A DNA stretch of 64,000 nucleotides from Amoebophrya sp. A120 (Eukaryota; Protista; Dinoflagellata), in NCBI GenBank assembly GCA_905178155.1, contig CAJINV010000006.1:3906130-3970129 (forward strand). The letters are read 5' to 3'. Of the stretch, positions 62,498-64,000 are shown in pieces (position 1 is the first letter of the stretch; each line of letters begins with the position of its first letter). The translations under genes and the position numbers were made by a program. The notes beneath the pieces were generated by a model that was not told the origin of the DNA, ran no database searches, and was given only the letters and a program-made list of their open reading frames with translations.

Positions 62498-64000
62498 CTA
62501 CTTCTTTGACGTCGTTATCCTGAGTAAAAACGTCCCCACCCCATAGTCAAGACGGAGATCTCGCAGCACAAATCGATAAGTTTTGGGAGGCAAGCATGAC
62601 AAGTTCCTCTCTGTAGTGTAGTGCAGTTTTTCAAGCACAGCCGCAACACAAATCCATCTAGTCATCCTGTTACTGTTCACATCAGGATTACACAAAGTCC
62701 AAAACACGACTGGAAACGCCTCTCGTGGGGATGCGCATTACAAATCTTCCTGTAACTGCAAATCTGCATGACAACTCTGGGGTGGGGACGTTTTTACTCA
62801 GCATAGTCGTTCCCGCTTGTTTTTGCTCCTCCTGGTCTGTTTTCACCCCGTACATTTTCTTCAACAATTTATGAACTGCAAAAGCATCGTACTCGTAGTA
62901 ATTGCTGTTATGCATGACAAATCTCTCTCCGAAGGTAAAACAGCATTACAGATTTGATTTGTAATGCTGAGCTGATTTGTAATGCGATTTATACTAGTAC
63001 GCTACTTTTGCACAGGATACAATTCGTTTTCCTCCAATTTTGCCTGGATATCCGCCTTTTTCTGGCGTATGGGGCTCTCAAATCGGTTACCTTCTCAGCT
63101 GTTCCATGAATTTGTCATGCAAAACTCTCATCAGTATCACTATCATCAAGCTGCTTCGCATGACAAATTTCCGAAGGGCTAAATGAGAGCATCTAAACTT
63201 GTGCCGAACCTGTAATGCAAAGGCGCGTAAGCTTTTCCCTTTCACTTTTGCGGTTCTTGCATTACAAATTTCATGTAACAGTTGAGAATGTAACTGACTT
63301 GAGAACGCCATATGACGGTTTCGCTGGTTGTAGTAGAGCAGGACGAGATACCTGGAGATCACATCAAGAAGAGTGTCGTTGACAATGATTTAGTTCAATT
63401 TTTCATTTTCATCAAAAAAAAGCCTCTTAGGACCACCAGGGTATTCATCTTGTTTATTTTTTGCATGACAAACTATAACTACACAGCACGCAAATAGATG
63501 AAGATTTTAGCAGGATCATTTATATGGCTGTGTTTTATATCAACTGCAAAAATGTCTGGGTCTGGAAACTTGTGATGCAACTGCAAGTCCGTGAACAATA
63601 AGTGCTCTGTGATGCGCCGCAAGCATGACAAGTTTTTTCGTGCTTCTGTGATGCGTATTTCGCATGAGAAACTGTGCTTTTGCATGACAGCCAAGAGGAC
63701 CTCTTGGTGGCCGCGCAATACAGAGTGCAGAGTCATGCCAGACTAGCATGACAATCTTCCAGACCCAGACATTTTTGCATTTGAATTTGATACTTTATAC
63801 CTTCCGTCCACATTAAACCCGGACAAACTGTCCAAAGCCAGCTTCGCATCGTAAATATCGTCGTAGACCACGAAATATGAACTGCAAAAGTATCGTACTC
63901 GTATTGCAATCTATGCATCACAAATCTTTTTCTTACGGTACATCAGCATTACAAATTTTCTTTCTCATGCTGAGGAAATTATTTGTATAGGCATTTCTAC
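62498..64000 (-). CDS. 3' part of an uncharacterised gene running off the window; at least 5 introners
   Basis: Short exons between introners, ending ..LLKKMYGVKTDQEEQKQAGTTSKK*. Confidence 0.5.

Noticed and set aside
2372-63921. Many short ORFs sharing peptides such as YEYDTFA, FQTQTFL, NVWVWK and KNVPTP
   Set aside because: These are translations of introner TIRs, not a protein family.
1-64000. Dinoflagellate spliced-leader relics, rRNA, tRNA or hammerhead ribozymes
   Set aside because: No CCGTAGCCATTTTGGCTCAAG or convincing RNA-gene core was seen by eye; an Infernal/tRNAscan search would be needed to exclude them.

Overview
Eukaryotic (alveolate-like) genomic DNA. About ten genes, all on the minus strand, are fragmented by about 95 short (~145-340 bp) MITE-like introners of at least nine families. 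Nearly all elements start TAT and end ATA, have family-specific terminal inverted repeats (TIRs) and a 5-bp target-site duplication (TSD), and usually lack GT-AG. They share an internal motif TGT(C/A/G)ATGC. Removing an element plus one TSD restored the frame at nearly every junction I translated by hand. This gave ETF-beta, a membrane-anchored parvulin, a PIMT-like methyltransferase with two partial paralogues, a large multi-cold-shock-domain-like protein, a SHOCT protein and a Cys-rich protein. The architecture resembles the non-canonical introner introns reported for the parasitic dinoflagellate Amoebophrya; the organism is inferred, not shown. Paralogues give filled versus empty sites. Five introners host nested elements (three Helitron-like, one hAT-like, three unclassified), several landing at the shared motif. 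No transposase was recognised. Coordinates were counted by hand and may be off by a few bases.
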